Source of the DNA: Eledone cirrhosa
Taxonomy: Eukaryota
Direction of reading: 5' to 3'
Length of the DNA stretch: 64,000 nucleotides
NCBI GenBank assembly: GCA_964016885.1
Contig: OZ024743.1
Location: 323,330,001 to 323,394,000, forward strand
Position numbers and translations under genes: made by a program. Shown here in pieces: positions 26,831 to 45,514 of the stretch (its first letter is position 1; the number at the start of each line of letters is the position of its first letter). The notes under the pieces are model-generated. The model ran no database searches. It had not been told where the DNA came from and saw nothing but the letters and a program-made list of their open reading frames with translations.

Positions 26831-27168
26831 ATTGTAGAAACAAGAAGAATACAACCTGCTTGATTTATTGAATAAAGAAGTAAACCAAGTCTTTATGACA
26901 ATTTTGTTATTTCATCTATATCAAGCAAATATTGGTTAGAGTTCATAACCTGAAAGATTGCAATGGAAATAAGATAATAAAAGAACTCAAAGATTCAGTA
27001 ATATATTTCCTTAGATTATTTTAAATCAAATTTTTCTAATATTTAATCTATATATAGAATATTTTTGTTCATGAATGCATAAAAATTAGATGCATTCTTA
27101 GTGCTAAGAGAATTATATCTCATTTTGAAGAAATTGAACAAAAGTCTTCATGAAAAATCTTTCCAAGC

Positions 27169-32203
<5,035 letters not shown>

Positions 32204-32542
32204 GGAGGCACATGGCTTAGTGGTTAGAGCATTGGCCTTGCAATCGAAAGGTTGTGAGTTCAATTCTCAGACCGGGTGATGTGTTGTTTCCTTGAGCAAG
32301 ACACTTTATTTCACATTGCTCCAGTTTACTCAGCTGTAGAAATGAGATGATAGGGACTGGGGTCCCTATCATTCCACTGCAAAGTGGTCGTGTAGGTGCC
32401 ATGACAAAAAAGCACCCAGCACTCACTGTAAATGAGGTTGGTGTTAGGAAGGGCATCCAGCTGTAGAAATCAAGCCAGAATCAGTTCTCGTCCTACCCTT
32501 GCAAGCAGGGAAAAAGTGGACGTAAAATGAAATGATGATGAT
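32204..32542 (+). mobile_element. tRNA-SINE family 1, full length
   Basis: A-box TGGCTTAGTGG, B-box GAGTTCAATTC; RTE-like 3' end ..GGACGTAAAATGAAATGATGAT; inserted in (TA)n. Confidence 0.92.
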
Positions 32543-33019
32543 ATATATATACATATATATATATACATATATATATACACATATATATATATATACACAT
32601 ATATATATATACACATATATGCAAAAGTTTTATATAAAATTGTTGGGTTACAACAAGTAAATATTTTATAACTGATATAAAGCACTCGACAAGTTTTGGA
32701 GTAGACTTCCAAACCAGCTTTTTACATAACGGTTGGTCAATATTTATGGTACGTCAAAATTATTTATAAAATGTTTATATATTGTATTTTATCTGAAGGC
32801 ATGCCATATTTTTAATATGGTATCCCCGAAATATGTATAATGAAATAAATATGGTTTTATAAATATAGTTTCCATTTGTTTAATATCGTATACACATATA
32901 TATATATATATACACATATATATACATATATACACATATATATACATATATACACATATATACATATATATATATACACATATATACATATATATATATA
33001 CATATATACATATATATAT

Positions 33020-33091
<72 letters not shown>

Positions 33092-33119
33092 ATACATATA
33101 TATATACATATATATATAC

Positions 33120-33151
<32 letters not shown>

Positions 33152-33182
33152 TACATATACATATATATATATATACATATAC

Positions 33183-33265
<83 letters not shown>

Positions 33266-33413
33266 CATATATATATATACATATATATATATACATATAT
33301 ACATATATACATATATACATATACACATACATACATATATACATATATATACATATACATACATATATATACATATATACACATATATATATATACATAT
33401 ATACACACATATA

Positions 33414-33823
33414 TGGTGGCTGCCAACTCGTTTTCGAGTATGGCCACTACTTTATATCCATGTAGGAGAACCCCTACTGATGCGCTGAACGAGTGTGACT
33501 TTTTAGTCCAGCCAGCGACTTGAAAACTCTGGTACAAACACTACACTTGTGACAATTATTGACACATAGTGCTGGGCCCATTGTACCCTGTGATGACAAG
33601 TGCAGAGAGATCTCCAGATATAAACCAATGCCTGTGCCGTGAAGCTTTTATAGTGAGCAAAGGCACTGCACAAAGCCAGTCCCACTCTCTTAACCAAGAT
33701 GATATTTACCAAAAAGAAGAACAAGTCAACATCATTGGATACCATCAAGGTTGCAGGTGTTATATCAGAGTTTTCCTTCTCCTAGAATTCTGCCTTGACA
33801 AAGGCTAAGGGGTCATCTCTCCC
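33414..33823 (-). repeat. Unclassified interspersed repeat within microsatellite
   Basis: Related copies in opposite orientation at 13780-13860, 14120-14290 and 18230-18380 (CCAATGATGTTGAC, GAGAGTGGGA(C/T)TGGCT). Confidence 0.6.
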
Positions 33824-33941
33824 ACATATATATATACATATATACACACATATACATATATACATATATACACACATATACATATATACATATATACACA
33901 CATATACATATATACATATATACACACATATACACATACAC

Positions 33942-33972
<31 letters not shown>

Positions 33973-34151
33973 TATATATATATACACATATATATATATA
34001 TACACATATATATATATATATACACATATATATATATATATACACATATATATATATATATACACATATATATATATATATATACACATATATATATATA
34101 TATACACATATATATATATATATATACACATATATATATATATATACACAC

Positions 34152-34228
<77 letters not shown>

Positions 34229-34249
34229 TATATATATATATACATATAT

Positions 34250-34288
<39 letters not shown>

Positions 34289-34729
34289 TACATATATACA
34301 TATATATACATATATACACATATATATATACATATATACACATATATATATATATATATACATATATACACATATATATATATATATATATATACATATA
34401 TACACATATATATATATACATATATACACATATATATATATATATATACATATATACACATATATATATATACATATATACACATATATATATATACATA
34501 TATACACATATATATATATACATATATACACATATATATATAAACATATATACACATATATATATATATATACACATATACACATATATATATATATATA
34601 CACATATACACATATATATATATATATACATATATACACATATATACACATATACACACATATATATATTTATACACATATATATATATATACATATATA
34701 TATACACATATACACATATATATATACAC

Positions 34730-34762
<33 letters not shown>

Positions 34763-34777
34763 TATATATATATACAC

Positions 34778-34814
<37 letters not shown>

Positions 34815-34847
34815 TATATATATATATATACACATATATATATACAC

Positions 34848-34882
<35 letters not shown>

Positions 34883-34953
34883 TATATATATATATACACA
34901 TATACACATATATATATATATATACACATATACACATATATATATATATACAC

Positions 34954-34984
<31 letters not shown>

Positions 34985-35394
34985 TATATATATATATACA
35001 CATATACACATATATATATATATATACACATATACACATATATATATATATATACACATACACACATATATATATATATATACACATACACATATATATA
35101 TATATATACACATATATATATATATATATATACACATATATATATATATATATACACATATATATATATACACATATACACATATATATATATATATATA
35201 CACATATATATATATACACATATATACACATATATATATACATATATACACATATATATATATACACATATATACACATATATATATATATACATATATA
35301 CACATATATATATATATATACATACATATACATACATACACATATATATATATATATATATACATACATATACATACATACACATATATATATA

Positions 35395-35426
<32 letters not shown>

Positions 35427-35573
35427 CACATATATATATATATATACACATATATACACATATATATATATATATACACATATATATATATATACACACA
35501 TATATACATATATATATATATATATATACATATATACACACATATATATATATATATATATACATACATATAT

Positions 35574-35614
<41 letters not shown>

Positions 35615-35776
35615 TATATATATATATACATATATACACATATATATATATATACATATGTAATACATATATATATATATACATATATACACATATATAT
35701 ATATATATACATATATACACATATATATATACACATATATATATATATATACATATATACACATATATATATATAT
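33824..35776. repeat. (TA)n/TACA microsatellite (further arrays at 32889-33413, 37952-38227, 44676-45049)
   Basis: Read directly. Confidence 0.95.
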
Positions 35777-35777
35777 T

Positions 35778-37951
35778 TGTGGACACTGTTACAAACATAT
35801 GTGCAACACACACCCCATTAAGAACTATAAACAAATCTAAGAGCAGAATCCCTAGAAATAGAAAAACGCTCATCAGAAAAATTAAGAGAACGAACAAAAA
35901 AATCAACAAGCTGAAATACTCTCAGCAGCAACACATCAACTTGACTGCCATTTCATCACTAGAGATTAAAAAACATAACCTCCAAAACAACATAATGTCC
36001 CTCATCAACAATCAGAGAAGAGCTGAAGAGGCCTGGGCCATTGAGAAGATCAAACTCAATCCCAAAGTGTTCTTTTCATTTGCAAAAAAAACACAAAATC
36101 ACTGGCTCTACTGTTGGCCCTCTAATTGATGAAAATGGCACTCTTCAAGACAATGCTAAAACCATGGGTGAGATACTGCAGAAACAATACTGCTCTGTTT
36201 TCAGCAATCCTGATATGGCCGATCTGGGCTGTATCGGCGATGTTACTCCCCATTACACCTTATCGGACATAACGTTTGGCGCTCCTGATGTCTTAGCGGC
36301 AATAAAGGAAATCAAGCATAATTCAGCAGTAGGTCCCGATAGGTTCCCTGCTTGTGTCTTGAAGGCGTGTCAACACCAACTTGCATCTCCTCTTGCCAAT
36401 CTGTGGCGGAACTCACTGGATGCTGGATATGTGCCAGAAAACCTTCTATCCCAGTCTGTTGTCCCAGTTTTCAAAAAGGGAAACAAATCCCTTGCCGTGA
36501 ATTACCGTCCAATCTCACTCACCTCTCATATCATTAAGGTATTTGAGAGAGTGGTGAGATCGCGAATAACCCACTTCCTTGAGAGTAACAATATGCTGAA
36601 CTCCAACCAGCATGGATTCCGTAATGGAAGGGATTGCCTGACGCAGCTACTGCATCACTTTGATGACATTTTGAGAGCCTTGGGAGAGGGTTCCAACACT
36701 GATGTTATCTACCTTGATTTCAGCAAGGCCTTTGACAGGGTTGATCATAACATTCTACTGAGAAAGCTGTCCAATATTGGTGTCACTGGAAAGCTGCTGC
36801 AGTGGATCAAGAGCTTCCTGTCAAACAGAACCCAACATGTTGTAGTTGAAGGAGTCAAATCCAGCCCAGCCAAAGTCAGTAGTGGGGTCCCACAAGGCAC
36901 TGTGTTGGGCCCACTTCTCTTCATCATCTATATTAATGACATCACTGACATCATCAAACACAGCAACATTAAAATTTTCGCTGATGATTCCAAGCTCCAA
37001 AAGGTCATCAATGGCGTGGATGACCGGATAAGCCTTCAGTCAGACCTACTGGCTGTTACCCAATGGGCGGAAAAGAACAACATGTTACTGAACGAAGACA
37101 AATTCGAACTGATCCACTTTGGAAAAGAGGATGCTCTGAAACTCCCGTACTCCCTTCCCTCCGGGGAAACTCTCGTGGCATCTAACAACATCAGAGACTT
37201 GGGAGTAACCGTGGACAGCAACATAAGCTGGGCCACGCATATAAGCAGCAAAGTTGACATGGCCCGCAGAATGTGTTCCTGGATCCTCAGAACCTTCCAG
37301 TCGAGAGATTCCTACACCATTATCCTTCTCTTCTCTACTTTTGCCCGACCACACCTTGAATACTGTTGTCCACTGTGGTCTCCCCACACGAAACAAAGTA
37401 TCATGAAACTTGAAGCTCCTCAAAGGGCAATCACGAAAAAGATAGATGGCATGTCAGACCTTGACTACTGGGGTCGACTAGAAAACCTGAAACTTTACTC
37501 ACTCCAACGTCGCCGTGAGCGTTATATTATCTGCATGATGTGGAAAATGTTCCATCATCACTGCCCAAATGATGTTGGCATCGCCTTCAAGATACACCCA
37601 AGGCTTGGGCCCCGTGCTAACTGTCCCATACAAAAATCTAAATCGCAACTCATAACAACAATACGGCACAATTATTTCACCTCAATCGGCCCTGCTCTCT
37701 TCAACATCACACCAAGACACGTCAAAACAGAAACTGACCACACAAAATTCAAGAAGTCTTTGGACAAATTCCTCCAAGTAATCCCGGACAAACCACCCAC
37801 ACCCGGATATGTCTCCGCAAACAGTAATTCTCTTCTCGAATGGGCCATGGTGCCCAAATCCTGAATTGAAAGACTTCGCCAGGTGGTGCTATTAAGTTAG
37901 ACATGGCCTGGGCCAATACTGGCCAAAACATTTCAAAGTTATTCAAAGTTA
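35778..37951 (+). mobile_element. CR1/L2-group LINE, 5'-truncated, RT essentially intact
   Basis: NYRPISLTS, YLDFSKAFDRV, GVPQGTVLGPLLF, FADD, RDLGV, RPHLEYC; frameshift at A-run ~36085; (TTCAAAGTTA)2 tail; (TA)n on both sides. Confidence 0.9.
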
Positions 37952-38190
37952 TACATATATACACATATATATATATATATACATATATACACATATATAT
38001 ATATATACATATATACACATATATACATATATATATATATATACATATATACACATATACATATACATATATACACATATACATATATACACATACATAT
38101 ATACACATACATATATACACATATACATATATACACATATACATATATACACATATACATATATACACATATACATATATACACATATAC

Positions 38191-38221
<31 letters not shown>

Positions 38222-38228
38222 CATATAC

Positions 38229-40999
38229 CCGACAACCACCTGATCACCTATAGATCAGGGGAGCACTCTAGTCAGTTAGATTTTATCCTCATCAGAGGAC
38301 GTGACAGATGGACGGTCGTAAACACAAAAGCCTTCCCTAGTGAGGAATGTACATCCCAACATAGCTTAGTTGTCAGCGACCTCACGGTCAGAACTAGACG
38401 AGCCCTGAAACAGAGGCCAACCTGGAGAAGAAAGATCTGGAAGCTGAAAGTCCCCTCAACCAGTAACAGATTTAAAGATATTTTACTCAACGCCTACGAC
38501 AGTAAAGAAGAACAGATAGAGACATTTAACGTAGAAGAGAACTGGGAGTTCCTAAAAAATAACTTACTAGAGGCGACGGATGAGGTTTGTGGCTGGAGTA
38601 AGACCTCAAGCAGGAGGAGAGTGACTTGGTGGTGGAACAATAAGGTAGATGAAGCAGTCAAGGCCAAGAGACAGGCATGGAAAGAATGGAAGAACGGGGG
38701 GAGCAGGGTACATTACATAGAGACTAAGAGGGAAGCTAGGCGACAAGTATACTTAGCTAGGAGGGAAGCAGAGGATAGAAAATTCAAGCATGTTTTACAA
38801 CGTGAGGACCAGAAACAGGAGGTATTCAAGATTGCGAGGCAGTGTGTCAGAGATAGTTGTGATGTCATTGGAGAGAAGTGTATCCGGAATGATAAAGGTG
38901 AGCTTGCCCTCACAAGTGCTGAGAAGAAAGATGCATGGAAGAGTCATTATGATAGATTACTAAATGAGGAGAATGCATGGGAAGAAGAGACCCTACCCCA
39001 CGTAGACCCTATAGAGGGACCAGCAGTACAAGTCAGCGGCAGCGTAGTAAGTAAGGCAATCAGAGATATGAAGATAGGGAAGGCAACCGGTCCATCGGGT
39101 ATAGCTGCCGAGATGCTGAAGGCATCTGGGTCTGTAGGTCACACTATAACCACACGTATCGTTAACCAGGTAATACTAGAGGGGGCCATACCAAAAGATT
39201 GGTGCAGTAGCATCATTGTCAACTGCTACAAAGGTAAAGGCGATGCACTAGATAGAGGAAACTATAGAGGTATAAAGTTGATGGACCAGGTCATGAAAGT
39301 AACAGAAAGAGTTATAGCACAGCTGATTAGGGACCGGGTGAATATAGACGAGATGCAATTTGGGTTTGTTCCAGGGAAAGGCACCACTGATGCGCTCTTC
39401 CTTGTGAGGCAATTACAGGAAAAGTACCTAGCTAAAAGTAAGCCACTCTACTTGGCATTTGTCGACCTTGAGAAAGCCTTTGACAGAGTTCCACGTGCAG
39501 TAATCTGGTGGGCTCTTAGAAAACTAGGAGTAGATGAATGGCTTGTGAAAGCGGTACAAGCCATGTATAGGGGAGCAGTCAGCAAAGTTAGGATTGGCAA
39601 TGAGTATAGCGAGGAATTTAGCGTACAGGTTGGGGTCCACCAGGGCTCTGTTCTTAGCCCTCTCCTGTTCATCATAGTCCTGCAGGCAATAACGGAGGAG
39701 TTTAAGACCGGATGCCCATGGGAACTCCTGTATGCTGATGACCTCGCACTCATAGCTGAATCTATGGTAGAACTAGAGAATAAATTCCAAACCTGGAAGC
39801 AGGGACTAGAGAGAAAGGGCCTCAAAGTCAACATGACAAAGACTAAGGTCCTTATAAGTAGACGAGAAAACAGAACCCAGATCCCCTCAGGGAAATGGCC
39901 TTGCTCAGTATGTAGGAAAGGTGTAGGTAGGAACTCCATTCTTTGCCCCAAATGCAAACAATGGGTACACAAGAGATGTAGCGGGATCTCAGGAAGCTTA
40001 ATTAAGAATGTAGGATTCACATGCAGCAGCTGTGCTGAAACAGCAAGCAAACAGCCACAGGAAACAAGTACCACCAATCTCTGGGAGGGCCCTGTAGAAA
40101 CAGTAGACAGCTTCTGCTACCTAGGTGACCGAATTAGCAACGGAGGTGGGTGCTCAGAAAGTACAATAACTAGGGTAAGAACGGGATGGAAGAAGTTTAG
40201 GGAACTACTACCACTGCTAGCTGCAAAAGGCTTCTCCCTCAGAATGAAAGGCAGACTGTATGATGCGTGTATCCGAACAGCGATGTTGCATGGTAGTGAG
40301 ACCTGGGCGCTGAAGGTGGAAGACTTACGTAGATTAGAGAGAAACGAAGCCTGCATGCTCCGATGGATGTGTAACAGTAATATACGTGAACGACAAAGCA
40401 TAAATGAATTGAGAGAGAGACTGAGCATAAGAGGAATCAAATGCTGCGTGCAGGAGAGGCGGTTACGCTGGTATGGACATGTGATGCGTATGAAGGATGA
40501 CAGCTGCATAAAAAGGTGCAGAGCACTAGAAGTTGATGGAAACCGCGGAGTGGGGAGACCCAAGATGACTTGGGATGAGGTGATAAAAGCCGACCTTACC
40601 CAACTACACCTCTCAAAGTCAATGACACACGACCGTGACTTCTGGCGTCACGCAGTAATACAGGGTACCCGACCTCCCATGGGTACATGCTGAAGCATAT
40701 AAACAATATGCCCCCCCCCCCCCCACCGCAAGGTGGTCGTGGAGGTGCCACGGCAAAAAAGCACCCAGCCCACACTGTAAAGTGGACGTGTAGGCGCCAC
40801 GAAAAAGCACCCAGCACTCACTGTAAATGAGGTTGGTGTTAGGAAGGGCATCCAGCTGTAGAAATCAAGCCAGATCAGTTCCTGTATGAGCAAGGCATGG
40901 TCAGCCGACCAGACACTGCCCACAACAGGACAACCCGTCTAACCCATGCTAGCGTGGAAGAACGGACGTAAAACGGTGATGATGATGATGATGATGATG
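38229..40999 (+). mobile_element. Young RTE LINE subfamily B: APE C-half + RT + PHD-type finger
   Basis: Open frame 38231-40693 (~820 codons: [37 protein letters not shown]); 3' UTR ending (GAT)n. Confidence 0.95.
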
Positions 41000-41481
41000 A
41001 TATACATATATATACATATATACATATATATACATATATATATATATACATATATATACATATATATATATATATACATATATACATATATATATACACA
41101 TATATATATATATATACATATATACACATATATATATATATATACATATATACACATATATATATAAATATGTACATATATACACATATATATATATATA
41201 CACATATATATATACATATATATATACATATATACACATATATATATACATATATACACATATATATATATACATACATATATACACATATATACACATA
41301 TATATACATATATACACATATATATATATATATACATATATACACATATATATACATATATACACATATATATATATACATATATACACATATATATACA
41401 TATATACACATATATATATATACATATATACACATATATATATATACATATATATATATACATATATACACATATACACAC

Positions 41482-41512
<31 letters not shown>

Positions 41513-42093
41513 TATATATATATATACACATATACACACATATATATATATATACACATATACACATATATATATATATATACACATACACACATATATA
41601 TATATATACATATATACACATATATATATATATACATATATACACATATATATATATACATATATACACATATATATATATATACATATATACACATATA
41701 TATATATATATATACATATATACACATATATATACATATATACACATATATACACATATATATACATATATACACATATATATATATATACATATATACA
41801 CATATATATATATATACATATATACACATATATATACATATATATATATATATACATATATACACATATATATACATATATATATATACATATATACACA
41901 TATATATACATATATATATATATATACATATATACACATATATATACATATATATATATATATACATATATACACATATATATACATATATACACATATA
42001 TATATATATACATATATACACATATATATATACATATATACACATATATATATACATATATACACATATATATATATATATACATATATACAC

Positions 42094-42126
<33 letters not shown>

Positions 42127-42650
42127 TATATATATACATATATACACACATATATATATATATATATACATATATACACACATATATATATATATATACA
42201 TATATACACACATATATATATATATATATACATATATACACATATATATATATATATACATATATACACATATATATATATATATATATACATATATACA
42301 CATATATATATATATATACATATATACACACATATATATATATATACACATATATATACATATATACATATACACATATGTATACATATATACACATATA
42401 TATATACATATATACACATATATATATACATATATACACATATATATATACATATATACACATATATATATACATATATACACATATATATATACACATA
42501 TATATATACATATATACACATATATATACACATATATATATACATATATACACATATATATATATATACATATATACACACATATATACACACATATATA
42601 TACATATATATATGTATATATATATATGTGTGTATATATGTACATATATA
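40999..42650. repeat. (TA)n/TACA microsatellite
   Basis: Read directly. Confidence 0.95.
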
Positions 42651-42840
42651 TGATAGGACTGACGTCCCTATCATTCCACTGTAAAGTGGTCGTGGCGGTG
42701 CCACGGCAAAAAAGCACCCAGCACTCACTGTAAATGAGGTTGGTGTTAGGAAGGGCATCCAGCTGTAGAAATCAAGCCAGAATCAGTTCCCTTGCAAGCA
42801 GGGAAAAGCAGACGTAAAATGAAATGAAATGATGATGATA
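42651..42840 (+). mobile_element. 5'-truncated SINE family 1
   Basis: Matches the 3' half of 32204-32542. Confidence 0.85.
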
Positions 42841-42849
42841 TACATATAT

Positions 42850-42886
<37 letters not shown>

Positions 42887-42929
42887 TACACATATATATA
42901 TATACATATATATAGATATATACACATAT

Positions 42930-43260
42930 ATCATCATTTTACGTCCGCTTTTCCCTGCTTGCAAGGGTGGGACGGGAACTGATTCTGGCTTGATTTCTAC
43001 AGCTGGATGCCCTTCCTAACACCAACCTCATTTACAGTGAGTGCTGGGTGCTTTTTTTCCATGGCACCTCCAGGACCACTTTGCAGTGGAATGATATGGA
43101 CCCCAGTCCCTATCATCTCATTTCTACAGCTGAGTAAACTGGAGCAATGTGAAATAAAGCGTCTTGCTCAAGGAAATAATACATCACCCGGTCTGAGAAT
43201 TGAACTCACAACCTTTCGATTCCAAGGCCAATGCTCTAACCACTAAGCCATGTGCCGCCA
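42930..43260 (-). mobile_element. SINE family 1, full length
   Basis: Reverse complement of 32204-32542. Confidence 0.9.
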
Positions 43261-43306
43261 TTATAGATATACATATATACACATATATATATATATATAC
43301 ATATAT

Positions 43307-44664
43307 CTTAGTCTTAGTTCCTCCAGTCCCTTGTGGAACATAGAGCAACGAGCTTCCTCCACTTGATCCTGTCACTGGCGGCCCTTCCAGCACCTCTCTA
43401 GGTAATTCCCATCTCCCGCAGGTCCTCCCTGAATGTGCTCCGCCATGTTTTTCGTGGTCTTCCCCGTTCTCTCCTGCCACCTTCTGGTACCCAATCCATA
43501 GCAATATGAGCAGGTCGATCTGCCGGCAAACGAAGGATGTGGCCCGTGAACCACCGTCTCCTTTTCCGGACAATGTCCCTTAACCTCTCCTATCCTGACC
43601 TCCTCATTACTTCCTCGTTGCTAACTTGGTCTCTCCATGAAATTTTCAATATGGTCCGAATGCAACGATGGTGGAATACATCAAGCTTGTTACATACACT
43701 TTCCGTACTCTTCCATGTCTCACAGGCATATATCGCTGTTAGTACTACAATGGACATGTAAACATGGAATTTGACGGCGTTGCTGATGGAACACCTGGAC
43801 CATACCGGACGGAGTCGCTGGAAGACTGCTGCTGCTTTTCCCAGCCTTGTGCGCACATCCACCTCAGCATCTCCATCGTCAGAGATGTTGCTGCCAAGGT
43901 ATTGGAAGTAGTTTACACATTCAATGTTACGCTGACCAACCATGATGGGAGGATTTGTAGGGTCACCTGTCGACATGGTCTTGGTTTTTTCACAACTGAT
44001 GCGCAGGCCAACTTTCTCTGCATTGTCATTTAGAACGTTTGTCATCTCTTGCAGGTCTTCTCGGGAATGACCTATCACTGCGATGTCATCGGCAAAGTCC
44101 AGGTCGCTTAATCTCCTTCCATCCCAACTGATGCCAAAACGAGGGTCACTCATTGTCTTCTTCATAATGAAATCGATGACAATGAGGAAAAGGAAAGGCG
44201 AAAGGATGCAGCCTTGTCGAACCCCCGTCAAGATGTCAAACATTTCCGTGTTTCCGTCCTTTGTCCTAACGCAGCACCTGGAATGTCGGTACAGGAGCCT
44301 GAAGATGTTAATATAAATATATTAATATCTTCAGGTTGCTCTACCGACATTCCAGACACTGTACAGTCTTACAATCTTCCACAATGACTCCCGATGAACA
44401 CTGTCGAAAGCTTTCCTGAAGTCAATGTGGAACTCCCGACATTGTTCAATGATATTTCAGAGAGTGAAGATATACCCTGAACAAGACCTTCCACTGCGGA
44501 AGCCAGCCTGTTCGTCTTGAAGATGACGATCTACTTCTGCTCTCAGCCGGTTCAGGATGACTGTGCAGAGTACCTTCCCTGGCACTGATAGCAACGTGAT
44601 ACCTCTCCAGTTGTTGCAGTCGCTGAGACAGCCCTTCTTCGGTAGTGGTACAATCACTCCATTT
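43307..44664 (-). mobile_element. RTE-BovB/SR2-like LINE fragment (no PHD insert)
   Basis: [50 protein letters not shown]; CTAAG-type tandem tail. Confidence 0.88.
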
Positions 44665-44736
44665 CCCCCCAAAAATATACATATATACACATATATACAT
44701 ATACATATATACATATATATATATACATATATATAC

Positions 44737-44771
<35 letters not shown>

Positions 44772-45130
44772 CATATATATACATATATATATATACATAT
44801 ATATACATGTATGTATATACATATATACATATATATACACACACACCCATATATATATATATATGTTGTGAAAAATATACATATATACACATACATATAT
44901 ATATACATATAAACATATATATATATATATATATATACACACACCCATATATATATATACTTACACATATATATATACACACACACACATATATATACAC
45001 ACACACACACATATATATATACTCATATATACACACATATATATATACGCATCATCATCATCTTCATTTAACGTCCATCTTCCACACTAGCATGGGTTAC
45101 ACATATATATATATACACACATATATATAT

Positions 45131-45473
45131 GGAGGCACATGGCTTAGTGGTTAGAGCATTGGCCTTGCAATCGAAAGGTTGCGAGTTCAATTCTCAGACC
45201 GGGTGATGTGTTGTTTGCTTGAGCAAGACACTTTATTTCACATTGCTCCAGTTTACTCAGCTGTAGAAAAGATATGATAGGGACTGGGGTACCTATCATT
45301 CCACTGCAAAGTGGTCGTGGTGGTGCCACGGCAAAAAAGCACCCAGCACTCACTCACTGTAAATGAGGTTGGTGTTAGGAAGGGCATCCAGCTGTAGAAA
45401 TCAAGCCAGAATCAGTTCCCGTCCCACCCTTGCAAGCAGGGAAAAAGCCGACATAAAATGAAATGATGATGAT
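45131..45473 (+). mobile_element. SINE family 1, full length
   Basis: Near-identical to 32204-32542. Confidence 0.9.
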
Positions 45474-45477
45474 ACAT

Positions 45478-45509
<32 letters not shown>

Positions 45510-45514
45510 ATACA

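Noticed and set aside
32204-32280. tRNA-like sequence with A/B boxes
   Set aside because: It is the head of a multi-copy SINE and runs on into the SINE body and tail; not called as a tRNA gene
39448-40563. Long antisense ORFs overlapping LINE RTs (also 8504-, 49072+, 55276+)
   Set aside because: Shadow frames of the RT coding sequence with no independent evidence
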